Part shown: positions 38,002 through 49,397 of the stretch, one piece after another
Layout: the number at the start of each line of letters is the position of its first letter
Numbering within the stretch: the stretch's first letter is position 1
The notes under the pieces: model-generated
Databases searched by the model: none
What the model was told of the DNA's origin: nothing
The model's input: the letters and a program-made list of their open reading frames with translations, nothing else
Translations under genes and position numbers: made by a program
NCBI RefSeq assembly: GCF_001194135.2
Contig: NC_068982.1
Span: 35,538,744 to 35,602,743, forward strand
Direction: 5' to 3'
DNA from: Octopus bimaculoides
Taxonomy: Eukaryota
DNA: 64,000 nucleotides

Positions 38002-38154
38002 CAGGCATGGGTAATCTTTTTTGAGAAGCAGGTTACATGAGACATGGTTCACCATCAGGTGAGCTGCACTACTGAAAGAATTCAAGGCAATTTTTGATTA
38101 AGCATGCTATTCAGAATCCAAAAAGCCCTACGAGCCACAGTTTGCCTGTGATTG
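38002..38154. mobile_element. Small hAT MITE
   Basis: Ends CAGGCATGGGTAATC and GTTTGCCTGTGATTG; 8-bp TSD TATTAGAT / TACTAGAT (one mismatch). Confidence 0.7.
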
Positions 38155-40304
38155 TACTAGATGGTAGTGTTAAACCTAGTGACAGATTAAGCCTATCACT
38201 CAAATAGGCTTTGGTGAGATTTGAACTCAGGACATAAAGTGCCAGAACAATTACTCCCCAATACATGACATTCAGTACTCTACTGTTTCTACCAGTCGGT
38301 CCACCACCTTAGAATATTACTTTATATATCAACCCCAGAAGGATGAAAGGCAAAGTTGACCTTAACAGGCATCACATTGAAAGCTATTAAATTGTGAAGT
38401 GTTTGTGTTGTTTATAATAAACGTTGTTTTACATTTCTTGCTCACAAGATATTACGTCCAATCTTTAGCATATTTCTGTATATCTTCTCAAATCACAATC
38501 ACAGGAAAAGTTGTTGATAATTCTTATCAACAAAGACAAAGCTGATAAATATGCACAAGTGTTGCAAAATAAGTTTAATTACCAGTAAACAGCAGCTTGG
38601 GCGACACTTTACTCAATTGACAGAGGAAGGTGACCGATCAAACTGATTATGTAAGCAGAATTCTGATTGGTCAAAAGTGTCTTCTTGTCTCAAGCTCTGA
38701 TTTTCTGCCTATTCTTGTTGGAACCTTTGATACAGAATATCAAAATTTTAATCCGTTTCACACTTATAAAATGTCAAACAAACTTTAAAATTTGCCATTA
38801 CTGTCATTAGCCAGGAAACCAAACAGATAGTTTGATAACCCACTAAAATAAACATTAAAAATCAAAAGGAGAGAATAAACAGCTTTGTAAGTTTAACTCA
38901 GTGTTTATTGCAAAAGAGAGGTGCAAAATTTAAGAAGCGACTTGTTAGAATATACATGTCTGTGAGGAGACATAAACAAGAATAGCAAAAATCTACTATA
39001 CCAAAAGAACTGGTAATACATACATTACAAGTATTCTATGAAGAGAACATAAGATTGCTGTATAATTCAACATGAATGTGAAACGACATTAAAGATCGTA
39101 TAAGGTAAATGAAGGTTTCTGTAGGAACGCTAAGACATATTCAGTTAGTGAGTTTACATGTGCAAGGATGAATTATGATGCTGTCATCGGTGTTAGATGC
39201 AGTAAGAGCTGGTAGCAGTGATGTCGGTGGTGATGAATTTCATTGTCCTAACACAGAGAAAGTAAGCAATAGCTTCCTGGAGGCAAACGCAAGCTAGACT
39301 TCTTAAGCAGAGAAAAACTTATTTATTTAATGAAATTGCTGGTCTCCATTGTGATAGGTAGAAACTCCAAGCAATGTAAAATATGGCCTGGACCGTGATT
39401 ACCAGCATGAACGTCAAACTTCAAAAAGTAGTTAACCATTTAATGGTTTTAGTAAATTTATACAGAAAAAGTAAGCATTATACCATCCAGCATAAATAAA
39501 AGTCAACTTCATTATATTTTTTTCTGTAAAAACCTATTCTGACATTAAATGAGTCAACTTCCCCGTATGAATGTTTACATTTGTATGTCATTTTTCAACA
39601 AAAAAAAATATCTAAAAATTTCTGGAAATGATCTATTCATATAATTTATGTGCCCACTAAAGTTTATTTTTGTTTTTGCAACAAAAAAAAAAAGTGCGTA
39701 AATTACATGGGTTTTTACGGTAAGTAATGTACTTAACAGGTGTAGACATAACTGTGTAGATAAAAAGTTCACTTAACAGCCACTTAGTTCCTGGTTCAGT
39801 CCCACTATGTAGCAAATGTCTTCGCTGTAGTCCAAGGTTGAACAATGCTTTGTGGGTGAATTTGGTGATGGAAACTGTGTGGAAGCCCATTGTGCATGTG
39901 TGTGTAATTGGGCTTTAATGTCCATATTCTACTCTGAGCCATGAGTTACAGAGTGGTATCATATGTCAAAGGTTTGTGCTCAACAGATTGCCCAGTAACT
40001 CTATGCTATCAAAGATGAGTGGAATGAAAACTTCTGAACAGGAAGAGTTAACAGAAAGAAGGGTATCCAGCTGTATGATAATGCTTTAATAAGATATACT
40101 TGTCTGACCTATGCTAACTGATGTAAAAAAATGGGCATAAAATTAACAAATGCACTAATGAAATATATCATTGAACATATACATGATTATATACTCTCCA
40201 TATTGCAGTATTATATCTTTGTTTAATGAATTAAAGTGAACATTCTTCTCGTATCATTTTGGTTATAGGATTAAAATCAACTGGATGACTGTCCACTACT
40301 TTAA

Positions 40305-40529
40305 CCCTTTAGCATTCAGATTACTCTGTCAAATGTAATGCTTATTTATTCCTATTGCTTTGAATTAATTGTGCATTATCTCACAGCTTCAAGATTTTAA
40401 TGATGTTGTTGCTTACACATTTAGCGTGGCATTGTAGGATAGGTGTGAAAGACCAAACTTCGGTTTGAACGTAAAGAAAACACAGGTAGAATATTTGGGC
40501 CTGACATGGCCGGTTTAAATGCTAAAGGA
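40305..40529. mobile_element. piggyBac-type MITE
   Basis: TTAA|CCCTTTAGCATT ... AATGCTAAAGGA|TTAA; same family as 53553-53763. Confidence 0.85.
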
Positions 40530-41514
40530 TTAAACAACCCCCAACAGACTTCTCTCATTGGTCATTGCTGCTTCATCTTTTAAGTTAAGTAGAAAGTAGA
40601 TATAATATCAATAAAAATTCATGATGTCATTGGCAATGTCTGTGTGCCCACTCCCAAATCACAAGTGTGTTTGAGAAAAACTGATAGGCAACTCTATTGA
40701 ATAGTAATAATAATCTGTAGCAGATATCTCATGTGGTTATATTTGTTGCATACCAGTGACTTAAACATAAATCCATAAATTTGATGCTTGCATTTCTCAA
40801 CAACTTTTTTATGCTAGAGAGGCTGGCTTCAATAAAAATGTTTACATAATCACCTTGTCATAGCTAACTGATTTACTGAGAGGTAGGTAATTTTGATTAA
40901 AATATCATTAAATGCTATCCTGCCATTTATCAAGGACTGAATTTATAATTCTTTCTATTAGTGGTCCTGCCTTTTGATATGAGAGCTTCATACTATACTT
41001 TGATTTTTCAAGACTTTTCCAATAACCAGCATTTTTACCATTCTGCCCTCTCAGACCTGGGCTCCTCTGTTTAGCTTTACTCTCCAACTGAGCTCCTGAG
41101 CAAAAACATAAATAGTTATACATGCAGCAAGAGTAACTTATGGACAGAACCAGCTGCATCTTCTTTTTCTATGTATATTGTTTATTTCCGCCTTATCAGG
41201 AATCCAGTAGTGATGACATTTAAACTAATCCCACTATAGCAGGAACATGACATGACAGGGTTAAAGTTGTCTTTATTGATGCCTGTTTTTGTCCTTCAAT
41301 ATTTTTAAGAGCAAATACCAATTGTTACACTTTTCATGAACAGCAATCGAGGCAGGAAACTAGTGTAGCTAATATTCCATTTTGTTCCCTTTTTGTGGTG
41401 TATCAGTGATTTGAATTTAAATTCACAGATTTGCAATTGTTTGTCAACATCTGTCTATCACTAGACAAGCATGCAACAACAGAAATACCCCCATCATTAT
41501 CTTTCAGATAAATC

Positions 41515-41621
41515 AACCAATCAGCTAATGTACGATTTCCTTCATTTACATAACCCTACTAGCACCCAAACATTCCTACGTCATCAGCTTTTCTAACCAA
41601 TCAGCGATCATGCCTATATAA
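41515..41621 (+). promoter_or_regulatory. Candidate intronic Pol II promoter/enhancer motif cluster
   Basis: AACCAATCAGC at 41515 and 41595 (exactly 80 bp apart), ATTTACAT/TTACATAA at 41544-41553, TACGTCA at 41577-41583, TATATAA at 41615-41621. Motif match only. Confidence 0.3.
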
Positions 41622-43369
41622 TTTGTTTCTCACTGATCAGCAATTTGGATTGTCGTTATACTAATGAGTGTCATTAATTAGGGTTGTCTTGAGAAGCTTA
41701 CAAAGCAATGAGTTGACTTACAGTTTGTAAATGACTTATATTTTTTAGTTAAAACAATGTTATCCTCTTTCAGCACTGCTTATCTTCTGGCATTGATTTT
41801 GTCTCCATTGAATAGGTCACAAGTTCAAAACCTGCCCTAAGCATTATTCTCTCCTGTTTACTAATGTCTGCTTCGCATTAAAAAACTATATCTGTCTTAC
41901 TACATAGGTTATGTTGACATTCACGGCTTCATTAAAGCTAGAATATCTGTTATCTTACAAAGTTTCATTGACACTTCTATAACAACAAAACCGTGTTGAC
42001 CCTTGAAATAAGACTGCTGTCATAACAATAACAGNNNNNNNNNNNNNNNNNNNNNNNNNNNNNNNNNNNNNNNNNNNNNNNNNNGGGGGGGGGAATATTG
42101 TAGGATGTATTGTAGTAATACTAGTCATTTGTATCTATGAATGATGATCTATAACTGTTACTTAAGAAGATGCCTGTCAAAATGAACTAAAGACAACCAG
42201 AGAATGAAGAAAATCTCCTACAGCTATATGTCAAATTAGGACTTTCCTAAGACTTAAGATCTCCATGTAAGCAGAGATTTTCTTAAGCTAACAGCCTAAG
42301 TAGAACATAATCTAATTAGATTTCGGATTTATCATATGTTCTCATTAAAACCCGATTGATGACAATGCACTGAGCTGATCTAATAATCACTTTATACCTT
42401 GCTATTATTGTGCTATAATTGTTTTGTCTGATTTGGTGCTTTCAACCATTGATTATAGATTAGAAATAAAGAAGAAAATATAGTAACCAGAAACTGTTGC
42501 TATTTTGCATTTTGTCTGTGGTTCATGAACTTTATGAAGATTAGGAAATTAAATGACAACTTTATATGTAATTATTTATCAAACTCTATCTTTCTTTTTT
42601 CATAAGATAGTCAGAGGTGAAGGAACAGTGCTCATAATCATTGCCAGTCCTTTCCAGGTTTATGAGATTGGTATGGATGATATAGCCCAAGGTTCCACAC
42701 AGTGGGACTGAACCTGGAACTATGAGGTTGGGAAGCAAACTTCTTACCACACAGCCACTCCTGCTTTGGCAACATCATAAATATATGAGTGCATGGGCGA
42801 TCAACTGATATTGTGACATCTACCATTTGTAGTTGCTTTGCAAGATTTAATGGTGTGATCTATTATTCAGGACTAGAGTGAATGATGATGTACAAATGTG
42901 TCTTAGCCATAGCTATCACATTAATTAAGTCTACACTACCTAATTAAACATTTTTATTTTTCAGAATTGCAAGATATGATATGAGGGGGAGTCATTTGAT
43001 GTTTCTAGCAGAGTTAGTAACTGATAGAGGTAATATAGCTGGATTGTGGTGTCATTGAGTGCAGTAACTTAAAGACAAACTGGCAGAAGTATACAGAAAG
43101 CAAAAGAGACATTCTAAAAGCACTCAGTAATGATTACTTCTGCCAACTCAAATACTTTCTATCTTTTTATGGTCTTCAACAGATGAAACCTCGGTGGGCT
43201 TGGTTGGTACACATGAGAGAATTTGCCACTTGTTAGCAATGACATTTTCAGATTTGGTACACATCTAATAAAAGAAAAACTGAAAGGAGTTTGTGTTCTA
43301 AAATTGGATTCACTTCTTACATCATGATTAATTTATAGTACAAGAAATATCTGTCTACAACAATGTATC

Positions 43370-43770
43370 TTTTACTTGTTTTCGGTCAACTGACTGTGGC
43401 CATGCTGGGGCACCATTTTGAAGAATTTTTAGTCTAATGAATCAACCCCACTACTTTTTTTCTTCTTGTAAGCTTCGTAATTATCCTATCAGTCTCTTTT
43501 GCCAAACTGCTAAGTTACAAGGACATTAACACACCAACACTAAGTGTCAAGTGGTAGTGGGGCATAAACACACACATACACACATATATATATGTATATA
43601 TACACAACAGGCTTCTTTCAGTTTTCATCTACCAAATCCACTCACAAGGCTTTTCTCAGCCTGAGGCTATAGTAGAAGACACTTAGCCAAGGTGTAACAC
43701 AATGGGTCTGAACCCAGAACCATGTGGTTGGGAAACAAACATCTTACCACACAGCCACGCCTGAGCCTAT
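43370..43770 (-). mobile_element. CORE-like SINE, full length
   Basis: Same family as 24058-24510; head at about 43770. Confidence 0.85.
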
Positions 43771-44004
43771 GTATAGAAGAAAAAAATTAATATAGTAGAA
43801 TTGAGATGATAATAATAAAATAAAACCACACGAGTTTGAAGCATCCAACAGTTACAGATATTAAATACAATATTCAGTTATACTAAAACTTTATCAAGTT
43901 ATATATTCAAAGTTGTTTCTTGGCGAGAGGATGTTATAATATTTTAGATTTATTCTCAATGTTCTCATTAAAATTTGACTGATGACGAAGTTGATTTAAT
44001 AATT

Positions 44005-44380
44005 ACTGGCTGTATGGTAAGAAGCTTGCTTCCCAACCACATGGTTCCGGATTCAGTCCCAATGCATGGCACCTTGGGCAAATGGCTTCAACTATAGCCT
44101 CAGGCTGACAAAAGCCTTGTGAGTGGATTTGGTAGACAGAAACTGAAAGAAGCTCGTCATATATATATATATATGTATTTGTGTCTCTGTTTGTCACCCG
44201 CCATCGCTTGACAACCGATGTTGGTGTTTACATCCCCGTCACTTAGAGTTTCGGCAAAAAGAGACTGATAGAATAAGTACTAGGCTTACAAAGAAGAAGT
44301 CCTGGAGTTGATTTGTTCGACTGAAGGTGGTGCTCCAGCATGGAAACAGTCAAATTACTGAAACAAGTAAAAGAATAAAA
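44005..44380 (+). mobile_element. CORE-like SINE, full length
   Basis: TGGCTGTATGGTAAGAAGCTTGCTTCCCAACCACATGG...TACTGAAACAAGTAAAAGAATAAAA. Confidence 0.88.
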
Positions 44381-45469
44381 TAATGATTTTCTATTTGTTT
44401 TGATTTTGATGTAAAGATTTAAGAAATATTTTGACTGCTAACTTCACATTTACTAAGCATTTTACTTATATTTCAATCAATACTTCTCACAGTTATCGGG
44501 CATTTGTTGTTTTATTTGTTTTCGTGGAATGTGTTATTTTTAATGTATGTTTCTTTATTTATTTATTTAGTTATTTTGTTAATGAAATACACATTGTTTA
44601 TAATAACACTTTATTGCAGCTGTCAGTTGAGGAAACAACATAAAGGGAAATGGATAAAGAGTAAGAGCTTAAAAATCAGATGACAATGACTTGTTCAGTT
44701 ACTTGGTTCTTTCAGTTCAGTTGTGCGGATTTAGCAAATTGTGAACACATAGCATGTCAATGTCCTTTGAGGATGTCAGTACTCTCATTTATTCACTTTT
44801 CCCTAGGTTCAGTACAATACTCAATCCCCATGTATACTATTACAGAGCTGCTTTCCATACCATCATGAATACTTTAAAACAGATTACTTCTGTTTTAAAG
44901 CAAGGTGCTGGCATGGTTGTTTGGTTAAGAAGAAGCTTGCTCCCTGGTCAAGTGTCTTTTACTATCACCCCAGAATGACCAAAGTCTTATGAGTGGATTT
45001 GATTGATGGAAACTGTAAGAAGCCTGTTGTGTGTGTGTGTTGGTCCCTTAACTGACCAGTCGCAAATTCTGTCTCTCCATTCTCCATCATTCAAAATATT
45101 TTCTAAGCATTACCCACTATTCTTATTTTCTTGGTCCCAAGGCCATATTTTGTTCAGCTATTTGTCCTCGTCCACCGTCCCAAATCACACTGTGTCATTT
45201 TGCTTGTTTTCTTTCATTTTGTTTGCTCTTGTCCCTAATTCTACACAAGAAAACATTTTTTTTTTCACGGGCACCACCAATTGGGAAGCATTCAGCCTTA
45301 TTGTTAAAGGTGCGAAACAGAAAAGTACCATTGGTCAATAACTGATGAAGAATTATAGACTTTCTCTTTGTCTCACATTTGTTTTTACATTCAGTATACA
45401 TTATGTTGTTCGTTTATATATTTTATTCATTTATATCTATTTAGACATGTGTGTGTGTGTGTATTATCT

Positions 45470-45616
45470 TGGTCAAGTTAATCTTGCTACTCTGAGTAAC
45501 ACCTGTAAGTGCACAGGGTCTTCAGGGAAGTTATGACTTATAACATAAGTCATAACTTACCTGAAGACCCTGTGCACCCACAAGTGTAACTCAGAGTAGC
45601 AAGATAGACTTGGCCA
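45470..45616. repeat. Palindrome / hairpin (72-bp arms, 3-nt loop)
   Basis: Centre GTTATGACTTAT-AAC-ATAAGTCATAAC; 8 mismatches in 72 bp. Confidence 0.95.
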
Positions 45617-46208
45617 GAATGAAATACAATATATCATTAATCTTTACTATAGTGTTGTGTTCTCTTTTTTTTTTTTTCTCTTTTTCTAACAGTCATCTCT
45701 AAATAGTTGTGTGACTTTATTATAGGTGTTCGGAAGGAAAGGGTTAAAGTATGATGGGGAGAAAAACACTAGGGTCTTGTTATGGAGAAGGTACATGGCT
45801 TCCCTGCATTATATGATGGTGGGTGGGAGTAACAGGGAAGAACATAGAGATGTTATTGATAGTGTGCCAGAGTAAATCCTTAAGGAGTAAGAGAGGATAT
45901 GATTGGTAGATTAAGAGGGGAATGGAAAAGGTGGGGGATATAAGAGTATGTATGAGGGGAGACTAAACTGATTAGATGAGGGTAGTGGTTAATGTAGTAA
46001 GTGATGAACAGGAGTGAAGGTGCTGCTTGATGGAAAGTATCTGTTTGGAAGGTGGGGGTAAGGTGAGTGTGATAGAAGGGATCCAAGAATGATAGATCAG
46101 GAAATAGGGGATAACTGTTTAGATTGGTGAAAATTATTTCCATTATGTTATTTCTACTTTTAATGTCTTTTTTTTTTCTCTGCTTTTCTCTTTGCATTTG
46201 CCGGACAG

Positions 46209-46479
46209 GATTCTCGAAATTGAAAGTAGTGGCAGGAGGAACGAAGTGAGGTTTTATTACACACATGACCAAAAAATACAAATTGAAACATTCCCTTATA
46301 AACTTGCTGACAATCATTGGCACAAATTAGCACTGAGCCTAAGTGCAACAGACCTCACCTTATTTGTAGACTGTGAACAGATCTATAGACGAGTCATACT
46401 GACGTTGGACACAAATTTTAAAGCTGACAAAATATCACTGTTTTTAGGTCAACGTAACAGAGAATATGCACATTTTCGG
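46209..46479 (+). CDS. NELL: NELL1/2-like gene, TSPN/LamG core exon; 271 nt, phase 2 to phase 0
   Basis: Acceptor ttgcatttgccggacAG, donor CGG|GTAAGT. Encodes ILEIESSGRRNEVRFYYTHDQKIQIETFPYKLADNHWHKLALSLSATDLTLFVDCEQIYRRVILTLDTNFKADKISLFLGQRNREYAHFR, close to NELL1 'ELESSGLRDEIRYHY...EALPYRMADGQWHKVALSVSASHLLLHVDCNRIYERVI...LWLGQRN' (from memory). Confidence 0.93.
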
Positions 46480-47725
46480 GTAAGTTCAATGGTTATTTCC
46501 TCTATCTTCAATACATATTTTTTTTTTTCATTTCTCTGGTTCTTCATTTTATTATGCCTTTTGCATTGAATTTTCCTTCATTTTATATTGTTAAAATTTC
46601 TTTGTATTTGTATGTGTGTATAGCTAAAGTCAATATCTATTGACTATGCTTATCTATATATGAGTCATTTGTAATACAACTTTTATAAAAATGACAAAAG
46701 ATTGCTTGACGAGTCATTCTGTGTTTCTTTTATACATATTATTTTTCCTTATATATATTCATAATGCAGCCGTCAGTTCATATATCACCACTTCAAACAA
46801 CTTTCTTTTCTTCTATGAAACTCCAGATCATATTTGTATTTCATTGTCTGTATATTTTGGACATTCTTCCAGAGAAAAACAAAAAAAAAAAACAAATACT
46901 TGAAAAGAAAATATTAATCTAGATTACCCAAAGTTAATCTGAAAATGTTAGTCTATACAAAACCTAACCTTTCTTTGAACTGTCTTTGCATTCCAATCCA
47001 TAAAGATGAAAACAAGCTTTGTCTTTAGTATGTCTCCTCTCAAATTATATGTACATAAGCAGAAAGCCAAATCCTTATTTATTCTAGCTCAGAGTGCTGA
47101 AAACATTGTGCAGTGCTATGGAATATATGAGGGCTTGTAAATGAAATTCCAAATCTCTTTTTCTTTCCATTTTTGTCTCATACTATCAGGAAGTGTTGAA
47201 TTCAGCACTTCCAACTGCAGAACTGAGAGAATATTTGTAAAATTTACAGTACTATCACCACTTTGAGAGTGGATTGTATTACATTGTGGTGCCCAATTAC
47301 ATCTAGGTGGACTGGGTTATTAAGAACTAAGTGTATTGACTATGAACCAAACACCTCTCTAATGACGATATAAACTGTAAACTCATCATTTACTTCTTTG
47401 ATGCCCTTTTCACTCTGTTACCTAGACTTATTTTATATCTATTCTTACACACATACAAATGTATAATTGTGCATGTCATGTGTTCATGTATTATAATCAT
47501 TGTATGTGTGTGTATATATGTATGTATATATGTGTGTGTGCATATGTGCATACATGCATCATGAATCTAGGTACAGGTGTGACTATGTGGTAAGAAGTTT
47601 ACTTCCTAACCACATGGTTCTCGGTTCAGTCTCACTGCTTGCCACCTTGAGCAGGTGACTTGTACTGTAGCCCCAGGCTGACCAAAGTCCTGCAAGTGGA
47701 TTTGGTAAACAGAAACTGAATGAAG

Positions 47726-47940
47726 GCGGCGAGCTGGCAGAAACGTTAGCACGCCGGGCGAAATGCTTCGCGGTATTTCATCTGCCGTTACGTTCTGAGT
47801 TCAAATTCCGCCGAGGTCGACTTTGCCTTTCATCCTTTTGGGGTCGATAAATTAAGTACCAGTTACACACTGGGGTCGATGTAATCGACTTAATCCGTTT
47901 GTCTGTCCTTGTTTAGCCCCTTGTGGGCAATAAAGAAATA
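47726..47940 (+). mobile_element. Young SINE copy (Nin/Deu-like core, alternative tail) nested in a CORE-like SINE
   Basis: CpG-rich; 15-bp TSD AGAAACTGAATGAAG at 47711-47725 and 47941-47955; the host SINE begins at about 47570. Confidence 0.9.
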
Positions 47941-47994
47941 AGAAACTGAATGAAGTCCTTCATGTGTGTGTGTACATATACATATATGTGTGTG

Positions 47995-48043
<49 letters not shown>

Positions 48044-49364
48044 TCAATACATACTATATAGACAATACACTGACCTCAGTTTCTTGAAGTGAATGCTGAA
48101 ATACTTCATACACTCCTATCATCTCACAGACTAGAGACACAAAATACATATACCCACCAAAATAGCAGATAATTTCATTGCTTCAATAGACCCAAACTTT
48201 GTTTTGGGATTACCAGCCTTTTCTAACAAATCCCTTGGTTCTAAGCTTATTTGTACTATTATTTTGTTATAGTCTACAGATGTAATACATTAACTATGAA
48301 ATAAAATTGAAGACATTATCTGTTATAAATAGAACATTTATGTGATATTGCTTGTAAGATGATTAGTAAATGTTTTTAATTAAGTATGTCATATATATTA
48401 ATGAAATATTTATCTAAGAATCCACAGCTAGATGGAGCAGCTATTGTATTTTGTTCACTGGGATCGTGGTACTGAGAATTCAAGTCCAGACCTTTTCATT
48501 CTTTAATATAAAACTAACAATGTAACACAACATACAGAGATTTGTTAAAGCTTTACCAACATAGTTGTACTGCAGCAGAGTAAATATCATAGATAAATTA
48601 TGCTTTTGATTTCTTTCCATAGTTAAGATTGTTTACATCTTGACATAATGATTAAAATAATAACTACACTCAAAATGAAAAAGGTAGAAGGTGTATTACA
48701 AAAAATTTAGTTTTCAGTGATGTTCTTTCTTAAGACTGCATGTACCTTCACTACTACCTTTGTAGGCTTTACAGTCTCAAGAACCAAATGCTTCAGAAAA
48801 TGTACATCATCATCATCATTTAAGACCTCCTTTCATGCTGGCATGGGTTGGATGGTTTGGTAGGAGCTGGCCAGGCAGAAGACTGCACCATACTTCTGTG
48901 TCTGTTTTGGCATGGTTTTTATGACCGGATGCCCTTCCTTACAGCAACCACCCTGCAGAGTGGACTGGGTTATTTTTAAGTGGCACCAGCACTGACAGGG
49001 TCACCAAGTAACTTCACAAAACAAGGGTAACAAGAACTTCTAAACAAAATATATGATTAGGATTTTAAATTTGCTTTCCTAAAATTTTGATCTGAAACCA
49101 GTGTTGAAACCAATATTGTTGTATTTTGGATAAGTTATAATTGATAAAGCCTATAAACACACTCACCAGTTGTTGCTTGTCTATATTTCACTTCTCTTTC
49201 TTTTTTTCCAAAATAGTTGATGTTTGTTTATGCCCCCCAAAATATTTGTGCTGCAACAGTCTATGGCTTTTTCAATGGTTGTACATCTTTTCTTTTTAAA
49301 ATAATCCAGAAACAAAACACACACACACACACACACACCACACACACACACACACATACCACAC

Positions 49365-49397
<33 letters not shown>

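Noticed and set aside
45730-46130. Purine-rich tract giving a 147-aa minus-strand ORF
   Set aside because: Compositional bias (H/P/L/S/T-rich); overlaps the NELL exon antisense; no domain.
47190-47310. Strong polypyrimidine acceptor as candidate next NELL exon (also 52565, 52711, 54889)
   Set aside because: Frames stop early or encode nothing NELL-like; the 54889 site lies within an antisense RTE remnant.
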